From NCBI GenBank assembly GCA_963780425.1, contig CAWABZ010000004.1:20714-84713 (forward strand): a stretch of 64,000 nt of DNA. The letters run 5' to 3'. Every line of letters starts with the position of its first letter. Position 1 is the stretch's first letter. Of this stretch, positions 1-10,842 are shown in pieces. This stretch comes from an uncultured Chloroflexia bacterium. Lineage in GTDB: Bacteria > Chloroflexota > Limnocylindria > Limnocylindrales > CSP1-4. Position numbers and translations under genes: made by a program. The notes beneath the pieces were generated by a model, which was given only the letters and a program-made list of their open reading frames with translations, did no database searches and had not been told where the DNA came from.

Positions 1-189
1 ACCACCGACGTGCTCGTCACCGTCGAAGGGCACCACGACGGCGCACGCGAGGACGTCCAGGCGGCGTTGGCCGACCTCGACGTCCTGGTCCGATCGTTTG
101 CGAGTGCATCGGCGACCCGCAGCGATGTCCTCAGCGCCGCCTCGACGGAGTTTCGACCTACTAGCGGAGCGAGCGGTAGAACGCCCTGA
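1..189 (+). CDS. 3' end of a gene entering from the left, possibly a B3/B4 (tRNA-editing-like) domain protein
   Basis: Frame 1 open from base 1: TTDVLVTVEGHHDGAREDVQAALADLDVLVRSF...; resembles the C-terminus of stand-alone B3/4 proteins (recall only); true stop may be TAG 162-164 if an indel is present. Confidence 0.35.
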   Translation, partial: TTDVLVTVEGHHDGAREDVQAALADLDVLVRSFASASATRSDVLSAASTEFRPTSGASGRTP

Positions 190-1279
190 TGTCGCCGATC
201 AGCTCGTTCGGGGCCTTGTGGGCCGCGAAATGCCCGCCACTCGGGTACATGTTCCAGCTGACGATGTTCGTGTGGTCGCGCTCGGCGAACCGGCGGATGC
301 CGCTGAAGTCGCCGCCGAACCCGGCCAGCCCGAGTGGGACCGTCGTCGGCTCGGTCGGTCGGTTCTCGGCGTGGGCGTTCTCGTAGTACAGGCGCCCCGC
401 GGAAGCAGCCGTCCCGGTCAGCCAGTACAGCATGACGTTCGAGAGCTGGAAGTCCGCGTCGAGGTCCTCGCCGAGCAGCTGGGCGTTCCAGGCGAGCAGC
501 CCCAGCGGCGAGTCGGTGATCGCGTAGGACACCGTCTGCGGCTGCTCCGAGAAGACCTTGTTGAAGGACATCTTGTTCTCGAAGAACCACTGGAGCGTCC
601 CCAGCTCGGTCATCTCCTCCGGGGTCATGCCCTCGAACTCGGACGGATCGCCCGACGGGAACGAGAAGATCTGGGTCACGTGGACGCCGACGACGTGGTC
701 GGGGTCGAGCCGGCCGACCTCGGGCGAGATCATCGACCCGGCGTCGTTGCCCGCGGCGCCGTAGCGCTCGTAGCCGAGGCGGCGCATCAGCTCGACCCAC
801 GCGGCGGCGATCCGATAGTTGCTCCAGCCGCGCTCGCGCGTCGGGCCCGAGAGCCCATAGCCGGGGATCGACGGGATCACGAGGTCGAACGCGTCGGCCG
901 GGTCGCCGCCGTGGGACCGCGGGTCGCTGAGCGGGCCGATGATGTCGAAGAACTCGAGGATCGACCCGGGCCAGCCATGGGTGACGATCAGGGGCAATGC
1001 GTTCGGCTCGGGGGAGCGGACGTGGAGGAAGTGGATGTTCTGGCCGTCGATCTCGGTCGTGAACTGCGGATGGGCGTTGATCCGCGCCTGGGTCGCCCGC
1101 CAGTCATACCGGCTCCGCCAGTAGTCGTAGAGCGACCGGACATACGACTGCTTGATGCCGTCATCGACGTCGCCGGGGAGCTCGTCGGGCCAGCGAGCCC
1201 GGTCGAGTCGATCCTTCAGATCGTCGAGGTCGGCCTGGGGGGTCTCGAGGGTGAACGGGCGGATCGCGGTGTCGCTCAT
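161..1279 (-). CDS. Epoxide hydrolase (microsomal/EHN-type alpha/beta hydrolase)
   Basis: MSDTAIRPF...DLKDRLDRARWPDE, HGWPGS, PSIPGYGLS, GNDAGS nucleophile, GGHFAA; GGAGG upstream of ATG 1279. Confidence 0.93.
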   Translation of the reverse strand: MSDTAIRPFTLETPQADLDDLKDRLDRARWPDELPGDVDDGIKQSYVRSLYDYWRSRYDWRATQARINAHPQFTTEIDGQNIHFLHVRSPEPNALPLIVTHGWPGSILEFFDIIGPLSDPRSHGGDPADAFDLVIPSIPGYGLSGPTRERGWSNYRIAAAWVELMRRLGYERYGAAGNDAGSMISPEVGRLDPDHVVGVHVTQIFSFPSGDPSEFEGMTPEEMTELGTLQWFFENKMSFNKVFSEQPQTVSYAITDSPLGLLAWNAQLLGEDLDADFQLSNVMLYWLTGTAASAGRLYYENAHAENRPTEPTTVPLGLAGFGGDFSGIRRFAERDHTNIVSWNMYPSGGHFAAHKAPNELIGDIRAFYRSLR

Positions 1280-1304
1280 GTCGTCGTGCCTCCGTCTCGG
1301 TCTC

Positions 1305-1331
1305 TGGAACGGAATGAAGTGTTCCGTTCCA
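1305..1331. promoter_or_regulatory. Probable TetR operator
   Basis: Perfect 10-bp inverted repeat TGGAACGGAA-N7-TTCCGTTCCA between divergent hydrolase and TetR genes. Confidence 0.75.
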
Positions 1332-1361
1332 TTATGACGAAGAGCGGCTATCTTGTCCAGC

Positions 1362-2002
1362 ATGGAATCGGAATTACGGCTGAGCGGTCGGCGTGCGCAG
1401 GCGCGACGCAACGACCCCCGCATCCGGCAGGCCGCGAGGGAAGTCTTCACGGCCGATCCCGACGCTCCGATGTCGGCGGTGGCGGCGCGTGCAGGCGTGG
1501 GCATCAGCGCGCTGTACCGCCGATACGGGAGCAAGGAGGACCTGCTGCGACAGGTGGCGCGAGATGGGCTCCAGCAGTATCTCGACGAGGCCGAGGCGGC
1601 GGTGGCCGACGACCGCGACCCCTGGACGGCCTTCGCCGACTTCATGGCCCGGCTCCTCGACGCGCAGACCGTCGCGATCACGATGAACCTCGCTGGGACG
1701 TTCACGCCGAACGACGAGCTCTTCGCGATGTCGATCCGGGCGGCCGAGCTGAATGACGCCATCGTCGAGCGGACGAAGGCAGGCGGCGGTCTGCGGTCAG
1801 ACGTCGTCGTCGATGACCTGTCGATGATCATCGAGCAGGTGTCATCGATCCGACTCGGAATGCGTCGCGCACACGAGAGCTCCGTCGTCGCTACCTGCAG
1901 CTCTTCCTGGACGGCCTTCGATCCGACGGAGCCGACCCGCTACCCGGCCCGCCGCCGACGCCCGACGAGCTGGCGTCGCGATGGTTCCCGCGTCATCGCT
2001 AG
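1362..2002 (+). CDS. TetR/AcrR family regulator (frameshift near 1860)
   Basis: HTH MSAVAARAGVGISALYRRYGSKEDL; C-terminus RELRRRYLQLFLDGLR...LPGPPPT in another frame ending TAG 2000-2002. Confidence 0.88.
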
Positions 2003-2940
2003 CGACTGCCGGCGGCCTCGTCCATCACGTCACGCAGGCTCTCGACGGGGCCGAGGTGGCCCAGCTTGTCCGGGTTGACCACCGAACGGATCATCGCGAC
2101 TCGGCCGTCGACGACCTCGATCGACATCACCGAGAAGACGCCGCCGTGCGGGCCGCGGAAGATGACGCCGGGCTGGCCGTTGATCCGATGCAGCTCGAAC
2201 GTCGCGCCTAGCGTCTCGGTCTGGCGGCCCATCTGTGCGAACAGCCGGGCGACCTTGTCGGCGCCGACGATCGGCTCGTACCACTGCGGGACCTTGCCGC
2301 CACCGTCGCCATGGACGATCACGTCCTCCGCGAGCAACTCGATCAGGCCGTCGAGATCGCCCCGCTCCGCCGCGGCGAAGAACCGACTGACGAGCTCGTC
2401 TCGCTCGGCCTCATCGGTGTCGAAGCGAGGCCGGTTCTCGGCGATGAAGCGGCGCGCCCGGACCGCGTTCTGGCGGCAGGTCGCCGGCGTGCGGCGGACG
2501 ATCTTGCCGACCTCCTCGAAGTCGTAGTCGAACACGTCGTGGAGCAGGAAGACCGCCCGCTCGACCGGGGTCAGCCGCTCGAGCAGGACGAGGAACGACA
2601 TCGACAGCGAGTCGGCCTGCTCGGCGTGCACGGCCGGGTCGCCTGCGCCATCGTCGGTCACGAGCGGCTCCGGCAGCCACTCGCCGACATACGTCTCGCG
2701 CCGGACCCGGGCCGACTCGAGGTGGTCGATCGCCAGGCGCGTGACGATCGCCGAGAGGTACGCCTTCGGTGACTCGATCGTGGCGTCGTCGCCGAGGGCC
2801 CGCTGATAGCGGACGAACGCCTCCTGCACGACGTCCTCGGCCTCGCTGACGCTCCCGAGCATCCGGTAGGCGATCGAGAACAGCAGCGGCCGAAGATCGA
2901 CGTAGGCCTCGGCGACACCCGGTCCAACGTCGCGGATCAC
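1999..2940 (-). CDS. sigJ: ECF41 sigma factor with C-terminal SnoaL-like domain (SigJ-like)
   Basis: LFSIAYRMLGSVSEAEDVVQEA, YVGEWLPEP, DGGGK and NPDKL motifs. Confidence 0.93.
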   Translation of the reverse strand: MIRDVGPGVAEAYVDLRPLLFSIAYRMLGSVSEAEDVVQEAFVRYQRALGDDATIESPKAYLSAIVTRLAIDHLESARVRRETYVGEWLPEPLVTDDGAGDPAVHAEQADSLSMSFLVLLERLTPVERAVFLLHDVFDYDFEEVGKIVRRTPATCRQNAVRARRFIAENRPRFDTDEAERDELVSRFFAAAERGDLDGLIELLAEDVIVHGDGGGKVPQWYEPIVGADKVARLFAQMGRQTETLGATFELHRINGQPGVIFRGPHGGVFSVMSIEVVDGRVAMIRSVVNPDKLGHLGPVESLRDVMDEAAGSR

Positions 2941-3927
2941 GCTGCTGAGAATGCCTCATGGTCGATGTCGGGTGCACGCGGCGGCAGCGGCACCGGCGCA
3001 TCGAGCCCGTGCCGGAAGCCGTCGCGCCAGCTCGGCCAGATCGGCTGCCAGCCGAGCTCGCGCTTCGCCTTGGCGTTCGACGACCCTCGACCCTCGGTCA
3101 TCATCGTCACCGCGACCTCGCCCGCGACGAGCCGGGCCGAGCCAGGCGGGGATGTGCAGCGGCTTGGGCGCCCCGAGCGCCTCGGCGATCGCCGGGATGA
3201 ACTCGCGGGTCGGCGTCGGGTCGTCGTCGACGATGTTGTAGATGCCGCGCCGACCACGCTCGAGCGCGGCAAGCGTCCCGCTCGCCGCATCATCGATGTG
3301 CGTCGACGAGACGATGCCCGCGCCGTTACCGATCACCGGGAACATCCGCCATTGCGCAGGATGCCTCACGAGCGCCTCGGACGAGCCGGGCCCGTAGAGG
3401 CCGCCGTACCGGACGACGATCCCCTCGAGCGGTGCTTCGAGCACGGCGCGCTCGAGGTATCTGATCGCGGCGAGGGTCTGCGTCTGCGCCTTGACAGGGT
3501 GCGGATCCAGCGGGTCGTCCTCCGTCTTGATCCACGAGCCCTCGCGGCTGTTGCTCCAGCCGGTGAAGCTCTGGGCGACGAATCGCTTGACGCCGCTCGC
3601 CTTCGCGGCGGCGAGGAGGTTGTCCGTTCCCTCGGTCCGGAGCCGGTTCGTCAGCGCGAACCAGCGGTCGAAGTGCCGGAAGTCGGGTGAGCCCGACAGG
3701 GCCGTCATCTCGTGGATGATCGCGTCCGGTTCGGCTTGGGCCACGGCTTGGCCGATCCCGACGGCGTCGAGCCCATCGACGACGACCGGCTCCGCGCCGA
3801 GTCGTTGGATCGCCTCCGCGGACTCCGGCCGCGAGGCCGTCCCCGTCACCTGGTGGCCGCGAGCGACCAGCATCGGCACGAGCCGCTTTCCGACGGCGCC
3901 GCCGGCGCCTGCAACAAAGACCCGCAT
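2937..3927 (-). CDS. NAD-dependent epimerase/dehydratase (frameshift near 3140)
   Basis: MRVFVAGAGGAVG Rossmann motif, RYGGLYGPG; C-terminus SNAKAKRELGWQPIWPSWRDGF in second frame overlapping sigJ start. Confidence 0.88.
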
Positions 3928-3958
3928 GGTGGGCCTCCTTTCTCGTCTCTACACCCAA

Positions 3959-3985
3959 GACGAGATGGGGCCCGGTCGCGTGAAA
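3959..3985 (-). promoter_or_regulatory. ECF41-type promoter of the epimerase-sigJ operon
   Basis: TTTCACG-N16-CGTC on minus strand versus ECF41 consensus TGTCACA-N16-CGTC. Confidence 0.7.
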
Positions 3986-4009
3986 CGCCGTGTATGCGGC
4001 CTGACTTAC

Positions 4010-5251
4010 CTACGGGGCAGGCGCGGGCACGGGTTGCCAGGCGGGACTGCCCCACGCTTGGGCGGCCACGTAGCGGAGGCCCGTCCCGTCCGCGTTCATG
4101 ACGAGAAGCCTCGAGTCGCCGTCGTTGCCGGTTGGATCACCCTCCGGGATCCCGGGACCTCCCAGGCTGCTGAAGGTCAGGCTCGTGCCGTCTGGTGACC
4201 AGTCCAGGCCCGGCGCAAAGCCGAGGCAGAAACAGCGCCCGGCCCTGGCCAACTCGCGAGGCTCGAGGGCGTTCAGGTCGACCGCCATGACGCGCAGTTC
4301 CCACTCGTCCTGGCAACTCTCCGTCGAGCTCCCGTCGCAGACCCGGACGTCGGTCGAGCCGAGGTAGGCGATGGTCGATCCGTCGGGCGACCAGGCCGGG
4401 TCCCACACTCCGATGCCCGGCAGGGGGCCGAGGAGCTCGGTCCTGTCAGACCCGTCCCGCTCGATCGTGACTAGCCGACGACCCTGGGCGTCCGGATTCC
4501 CGCCGATGATCTGGAAGGCGATCCTGCTGCCGTCAGGCGACCAGACCGGCTGCACGATCCCTTGCTCATCGTGGATGACCGTCCTGTTGCCCCCATCGGG
4601 ATCCACAAGCTCGAGTCTGCCGGCCTGCACGACGGCGATGCGAGAGCCGTCCGGCGACCAGGCGATCGAGCAGGCGTTCTCGTCGATACCGCAGGTCACG
4701 ACCTGTCGAGAGATGGCGTCGGAGACGTCCATCACCCAGACGCCGCCGGCGGCGGCGTACGCCAGTCTTTGACCATCCGGCGCCCAGGCAAGATCGGTCG
4801 CCACGATCGGAGCGTTCTCATCGGCCGGCTTCTCGATGAGCACCTTCACGGTCGCCCCCGTGGCCGGGTCGACCAGGACGAGCCTCGAGTCGAGCACCAC
4901 CGCGATGGCGCCGTTGTGGGCGGGGCGACGGCTCGCCACGGCAGTCGGGCTGGGCACGGCAGACGGGGTCGCCTCGAGCGATGGGATCGCCGCTCCGCCG
5001 AGCCGGGGACCGATCGTGACCCCGCCCACGACCGCGATCACGGCGAGCACGGCCGCAGTCGCGGCCAGGTTGGGCATTCGCGTCATCGGTCCGAGCCTCC
5101 GTGGCAGGCGTACGGTTCGCCCTTGTGGGACGGAGGGGACGGCAGCCAGGACCGTCGCGAGGACCTGGCCAGGTGCGCTGTGCGGACCGTCCTCGAGCCA
5201 GTCCGCGACGCGTGGATCGAAACCAGGACCGGGATCGTTGGAACGGGTCAT
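4010..5251 (-). CDS. Putative anti-sigma membrane protein with TolB-like/PD40 beta-propeller
   Basis: Short N-terminal domain (FDPRVADWLEDGP), TM helix, repeated W(A/S)PDG..(I/L)A units; overlaps the ECF stop. Confidence 0.8.
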   Translation of the reverse strand: MTRSNDPGPGFDPRVADWLEDGPHSAPGQVLATVLAAVPSVPQGRTVRLPRRLGPMTRMPNLAATAAVLAVIAVVGGVTIGPRLGGAAIPSLEATPSAVPSPTAVASRRPAHNGAIAVVLDSRLVLVDPATGATVKVLIEKPADENAPIVATDLAWAPDGQRLAYAAAGGVWVMDVSDAISRQVVTCGIDENACSIAWSPDGSRIAVVQAGRLELVDPDGGNRTVIHDEQGIVQPVWSPDGSRIAFQIIGGNPDAQGRRLVTIERDGSDRTELLGPLPGIGVWDPAWSPDGSTIAYLGSTDVRVCDGSSTESCQDEWELRVMAVDLNALEPRELARAGRCFCLGFAPGLDWSPDGTSLTFSSLGGPGIPEGDPTGNDGDSRLLVMNADGTGLRYVAAQAWGSPAWQPVPAPAP

Positions 5252-5802
5252 GCGGGTCGCTCCCCGGATGGCGCGAGGGAGCGTTCCCCCGCGTCCAGCA
5301 CAATCCTCAGTTGACGGATCGCGTAGTGGAGCCGGGACCTCGCCGTCCCGACGGGGATACCGAGGGTCTCCGCGATCTCCGTGAGCGGATATCCCAGGTG
5401 GTGGTGCAGCACGACGACCGCTCGATGCTCCGGCGAGAGCCGGCGGAACGCATCCTCCAGCTCGTCTCGGTCAGCGACGACGCGCGCCACATCGGGATCG
5501 ACCGGCGTATCGAGTGGCAACACCCGGACCCGGGCCGCCCAGCGTCGCTCGCCCCGCGCCTCGGCGTAGCAAGCGTTGACCACGAGACGGTGAAGCCAGG
5601 CGTCGAAGCGATCGTGCTCGCGAAGGTTCGGCAGGTCGCGCCACGCCCCTAGCAACGCCTGCTGGGTCGCATCCTCGGCTCGATGGGGATCGCGCAGGAT
5701 CCGGTAGGCAAGGGCATAACAACGATCGACGCTTGCCCTGGCCAGGGATCCGAAGGCGTCCTGGTCGCCCCGACTGGCCCGCTCGACGAGCTCGGCCTGC
5801 AT
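5248..5802 (-). CDS. ECF sigma-70 factor
   Basis: LVERASRGDQDAF, AEDATQQALLGAWRDL, EIAETLGIPVGTARSRLHYA; GGAG before ATG 5802. Confidence 0.92.
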   Translation of the reverse strand: MQAELVERASRGDQDAFGSLARASVDRCYALAYRILRDPHRAEDATQQALLGAWRDLPNLREHDRFDAWLHRLVVNACYAEARGERRWAARVRVLPLDTPVDPDVARVVADRDELEDAFRRLSPEHRAVVVLHHHLGYPLTEIAETLGIPVGTARSRLHYAIRQLRIVLDAGERSLAPSGERPA

Positions 5803-5877
5803 CGTGCGCTCCGGATGCGGGCGACCCATTTGGTCGCGTCACCGAGTATGGAGCCGGCCGAGGTCCAAACGTTCAGT

Positions 5878-8420
5878 CTATTCGCTGTCGATCGACACGA
5901 CGCCGGCGGAGCCGTCGACGGTGATCGTGGCGCCCGTCGTGATCTGGTCGGTCGCTCCGGGCACGCCGACAACGGCCGGGATCCCGTACTCGCGGGCGAC
6001 GACGGCGCCGTGCGACATCATCCCGCCCATCTCCATGACCAGACCGCCGGCGGTGAGGAACAGCGGCGTCCAGCCGGGATCCGTCGAGGGCGCGACGAGG
6101 ATCTCACCGGGCTCGAGCCGCGCACCGTGGGGCGAGAGGATCACGCGCGCACGGGCGGTGACCGTGCCCGGGCTCGCCGGTGAACCCCGCAGCGCGCCTT
6201 CGGGCACCGAGATCAGGGCGGCTTCCGCGTCGGTCCCGTCGGACAGCAGGACGCGCGGGATGTACCGCCTGGCCTGCTCCCGGACGTGCATCGCACGGCG
6301 TGCGGCAACGAGCTCGCGCACATCGGTGCCGGCGACTGCTTCGCGGATCTCGGCGAGGGTCAGGAAGTAGACATCGTCCCAGGCGGACACCCTTCCGGCG
6401 GCCACCAGCTCCTCGCCGACAGGACGAAGCAGCTCCCGGATCGGCGTGAACAGGGTTCGGATGAGAACGAACTTGGGCATCTCCCGCGAGCCCATCAGGG
6501 CACGCACGCGGCCGAGGAAGAACCGCAGCAGCCGCCGACGCGGCCCATGCACCCGCCCGAGCATCGTCTCGATCGTCGCCTCTGCCGCGCGCGGCGCCAC
6601 GTCGGAACTGCTCGTCCGGCGCGAGCGCGCCGTCCTCGAGGCGGAAGTAGTTCGCGATCACGCCCAGGAGGTATGACGGGTCCTCCGACCAGCGCGGCAC
6701 CCCGAGGTCGATCTCGCCGACCGCCCGGAAACCGTATCGACCGATGAACTTGGCCAGTTCGCTCTGCAGCGTTGAGGGCAGGGCGCCGTCGCGGTAGGCC
6801 TGGGCGAGGTCGGCCGGTTGACCGTTGCGGATCGCGTCGCGCGACGTCGGATCGGCCCGCACCCGAGTCGTCAGTGCCCACAGCGCGAGGTCCATCTCCG
6901 TCGTCGGGTTGTGCGGCAGTCCGCGTGTAAGCGTCTGGAGCTCGTCCTCGGTCGCCCGGCCGCGGAGCAGCCGTCCAGATGCCAGGTACGACACCATCCC
7001 GGCCACGACCAGGCCGAGCATCCGAGGGAACACGAACGATGGCGCTCGCGCGAGCAGGTCCTCGACCGCGTCCAGCCGGTCGGTCGCCGTCGCATCGGCA
7101 GGCAGATCGACCCTGGTCACCTGGTCGATCTCGCGGATGAACCGGTTGCGCGCTCGATCGGGCGACTGGAGCAAGCGCAGGGCGTGGAGCGGGATCCTCG
7201 AGCGGGCAAACAGCGGCACGACGGTCCGCAGCGTGCCCAACCTCGAGCCGCGTGACGTGAACCGGTGGTCGTCAGCGAGACGGCGGAAGATCACCGAGCT
7301 GCGTGCCTCGCCGACGCTCGTCAGCCGCACGAGGACCTCGCGGCCGATCCGGTCGCGGAGAACGGGCGTCAGGTCGGCCCAGATGCGCCCGCCCGACACG
7401 AGGACTGGTGACGTGGCCGGTTCCGTGTCGCCGCGAGCACGCGCAAAAGCGCCTGCGAGCGTCTGGCCGATGACAAGGAACGGCTCGGTGCCCAGCGGAG
7501 TGATCGGCTCGAAATAGCCCTGCGCGACGCTCGCCGAGAAATACACACGCAGGCCTGTGTCGCCCGGCGAACGCTCGGGGAGCGGGAACAGCGTCGTGAT
7601 CGGGCGGGCCTGGAGGATCCACAAATGACCGGCGGTGTCGAACGCGAACTCGATGTCCTGCGGGGCGCCGAGTGCGTCTTCGATCTGACGCCCGATCGTG
7701 GCGAGCTCAAGCACCTGGGCATCGCTGAGGATGGGCGCGCTTCCCCGGACGACGTGCTCGTCGACCGCACCCGAATCGGGGTCGACCGCGTAGTGGTCGG
7801 GATCGACCGAGCCCGACACGACGGCGTCGCCCAGCCCTGCGGCCGCGTCGACGACCGCTCGACCCCTTCGACCGGTGATCGGATCCGCGGTGAACAGGAC
7901 GCCGGCCGCCCTCGCGTCGACCATGCGCTGGACGACCACGGCCAGGCCAACGCCGTCATCGTCGAATCCGATGGTCACGGCGATAGGCAACGGCGCGCTC
8001 GTTCCACAGGGACGCCCAACATCGGCGGATCGCATCGAGGACCTGCTCGTCGCCCTCGACGCCGAGGTATGTGTCCTGTTGGCCGGCGAACGATGCCCCC
8101 GGCAGGTCCTCAGCGGTGGCCGATGACCGAACGGCGACGGGTCCGCCGCCGAGGCCTCGGTAGGCCTCGAGCACTGCGCTCGCCACCGCCGGTGGGAGGT
8201 CGATGGTGCGAAGCCGTTCGGCGGCCTCCTCAGGCCGGCTGGCGACGACCCCCGCCGAAGCGGCGGCCGCCTGGTAGGCGTCGGTCGTGAGGACGAAGCC
8301 GTCGGGCACGGGAAAGCCGTTCGCGATCAGCTCGCCGAGGTTGGCGGCCTTCCCGCCAACGCTCCCGAGATCGGATGCGCGGACGCCCGCGAGCGGTCGC
8401 ACGATCGGCGTCGGGTTCAT
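5878..8420 (-). CDS. PEP-utilising phosphotransferase, rifampin phosphotransferase/PPS-like (frameshifts near 7960-8000 and 6590)
   Basis: ATP-grasp motifs VGGKAANLGEL, AVRSSATAEDLPGASFAGQQDT, QDIEFA, ILQARPITTL; C-terminal swivel His domain TDPGWTPLF...GGMMSHGAVVAREYGIPAVVG. Confidence 0.85.
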
Positions 8421-8482
8421 CCGACCATGCTATGTCGGCCAGGCATCTAGCCGAGATCATCGTCGGTTGGCCCGTTGAGACG

Positions 8483-9359
8483 TCAGGTCCTCCCGTCGAG
8501 GAACGCTTCGATCCGCGCCGATAGCGCCTCGGCACAGGCGGGAGTCAGGATGTGCGCGCAGCCAGGCAGCGTCTCCGCGGCGACGAGGTTCGGGAATAGC
8601 GCCTTGACGCGAGGCAGGACCCGCTCCGGACGGAACATCGGATCGTGTTCGCCGGCGATGACCATCACCGGCGCGGTCAGGTCGCGGAGTTCGTCAGGTG
8701 TCGCGTTGCGGGGCATTTCGGTGTCGAGTGCTGTGCCGCCGAAGGCTAGCGCCGTCGATTCGACGAAGAGCGGGTCCGGGTCACCGCCCGAGAGGCGGCG
8801 CACGCTCGATTCGACGAAGGCGCGTCGCGGCAGTGCGCGATAGCCGAGGTAGCCAGCGGCCAGGAACAGCATCGAACCGAAGGGGGATATCGGCGATGCC
8901 AGCCGGCACGACGAGCACGGCCCGGCCGACCCGGCCCGGGGCGAGCGCAGCGAGCCGCAGCACGACGCCGCCGCCATAGGAGATCCCGACGACGGCGGGC
9001 GCCTCGAGGCGGAGCCCGTCGAGGACGTCGACCGCCCACTCACCGAGGCTCGCATCATTCGCCGACACGCGCACATCCGCCGACTTGCCCGGCTGGCCGA
9101 TCGTGTCGGGCGCGTAGATCCGGAACCGATCGCTGAGCGGCGCGAACCACGCGAGGGTCAGTGGGTTGACGACATTGCCGCCCTGGAACACGACCACCGG
9201 TGGTCCGCTCTCGGGTCCGGCCTGAAGGACGTGCGTGTTGCCGAAGCGGGTCGGCACCATGCGGGATGTCGTCGGGAATGGGAGTGCCTCGCGGGCGCGG
9301 TCATACAGCGCGTGGATATGTTGGCGCGCGGAGTCGGATCGGTAGATGGAACCTGACAT
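8483..9359 (-). CDS. Alpha/beta hydrolase (frameshift near 8890)
   Basis: PDTIGQPGKS, GISYGG nucleophile elbow, IAGEHD, GCAH. Confidence 0.85.
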
Positions 9360-9457
9360 GGATCCCTCGGATTGCGGGTCGGACCCGCGCATCATCGGGC
9401 ACCCGCGGGGCCGCCACGGTTCCAGATTTCGACTGAGCCGTTCGGCAATGACAAGGA

Positions 9458-9487
9458 TGGAACTTTCTGACGCCATTCCTTCCACAT
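9458..9487 (+). promoter_or_regulatory. Putative ECF promoter upstream of lipoprotein
   Basis: TGGAACTTT...CCACAT with the same spacing as 10216-10245. Confidence 0.65.
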
Positions 9488-9505
9488 GGTCAGTAAGTAG
9501 GAGGG

Positions 9506-10083
9506 ATGACCATGCGAACGATCCTCGGTGTCCTCGTCATCGCAGTCCTCGTCGTCGGCTGCGGTGGCGCAGCGAGCACTCAGGCGCCAGCCGCTCCGAG
9601 CGCGGCACCCACGCAGGGCACAGCCTCAACATCGGCACCAGTGGCGACCGCGTCCGCCACGCCCAGCGCGAGCGGCGCGCTCGGCGGCATCGTGCACTAC
9701 CAGCTCGACGGAGCCCCCGCCACGACGGAGATCGACGCCGTCGCCGATGGCGCGAGCGTGTCCGGCACGGCCGTCACGGCGTTCCGCGGAGGCACCCACA
9801 CCGTGCGGCTGGGGTGTGCCGCCCGGTACGGCGGTACATGGGTCCTCGGCGGCACGATCGAGAAGAGCACGGTCCCCGGCGAGTCTGCCGGCGCCTGGTC
9901 GGCGGTCACCGTCAAGGACGGCTCGCCCCAGCAGATCGCGGTCTGGCTCTCCGCCGGCACCCCGAAGCCGGTGGCTCCTGCGACGCCTTCCTGGCGTCGT
10001 TCGCGCCAGCCGAGCTCGAGCCTGGGGTCTTCAATCCCGTGGAGTCCGGGGTGCTGGTGCCCCCGCCTGATCCCATCCCCTGA
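9506..10083 (+). CDS. Lipoprotein of unknown function (1-nt indel near 9960)
   Basis: AGGAGG RBS, signal peptide with LVVGC lipobox, Ala/Ser/Pro linker, ~140-aa domain shared with 10839 gene. Confidence 0.8.
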
Positions 10084-10175
10084 GCGCGAGCGAGGAGTGA
10101 ACGCTTAGCGGCGTTCCGAGCGTCATTGAGGGTCGAGCGCGCCCGGACCATCGGGCGCGCTCGAAGACCCGGCGT
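9660..10175 (+). repeat. Direct repeat copy 1 (~516 bp)
   Basis: Matches 11095-11612 except 5 substitutions and 2 C-run indels by manual comparison. Confidence 0.95.
10133..10164 (+). terminator. GC-rich hairpin, terminator-like (duplicated at 11570-11601)
   Basis: TCGAGCGCGCCCG-N6-CGGGCGCGCTCGA; no U-tract. Confidence 0.5.
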
Positions 10176-10215
10176 GGTCTCAGGGACATTCGCGATCTTC
10201 TTCGCAAGCTGAATC

Positions 10216-10245
10216 TGGAACCTTTCCGCTACGGGTGTGCCACAT
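10216..10245 (+). promoter_or_regulatory. Putative autoregulatory ECF promoter
   Basis: TGGAACCTTT...CCACAT; GGAAC is a common ECF -35 motif. Confidence 0.65.
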
Positions 10246-10287
10246 CATTGGTAGCGCGGCAGTGGCCGCGCCCAAAGCGGGTGAGCA

Positions 10288-10842
10288 GTGCGCGATCTTG
10301 TGGTCCTGGCGCGAGACGGCGATCGAGACGCCTTCTCCGAGCTCGTGGCGAGGTCGATCGGGCGGCTGACAGCGGTCGCGCGGATGATCCTGCGGGACGA
10401 ATACGGCGCCCAGGACGCGGTCCAGGAAGCGTTCATCGAGGCGTGGCGATCGCTTCCGGGACTTCGTGACGCAGACAAGTTCGATGCGTGGATGCGACGA
10501 CTGCTCGTGCGGGTGTGCTTCAAGCGGGCTCGCCGTAGCAAGCGCGTCGACGCAGTCGAGATCCGCCTGACACCAGGCGACGAGCCGGCCATCGCCGGCT
10601 ACGAGCGCGAACTGGACACCCACGATCAGCTGGAACGCGGTCTCGCTCGGCTCTCGGCCGAGCAGCGCGCTGTCGTCGTTCTCGTCTACTACCTCGATCT
10701 ACCACTCGCGGATGCCGCGCAGTCGCTGGGCGTCCCGCTCGGGACGGCGAAGTCCCGGCTCAACCGAGCAACCAGCGCGCTGCGAGCGTCCATCGAAGCC
10801 GACGATCGCGAACCAGCGCGTGTCGGGGAGCAGATCGCATGA
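10288..10842 (+). CDS. ECF sigma-70 factor
   Basis: LARDGDRDAF, AQDAVQEAFIEAWRSL, AAQSLGVPLGTAKSRLNRA. Confidence 0.92.
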   Translation: MRDLVVLARDGDRDAFSELVARSIGRLTAVARMILRDEYGAQDAVQEAFIEAWRSLPGLRDADKFDAWMRRLLVRVCFKRARRSKRVDAVEIRLTPGDEPAIAGYERELDTHDQLERGLARLSAEQRAVVVLVYYLDLPLADAAQSLGVPLGTAKSRLNRATSALRASIEADDREPARVGEQIA

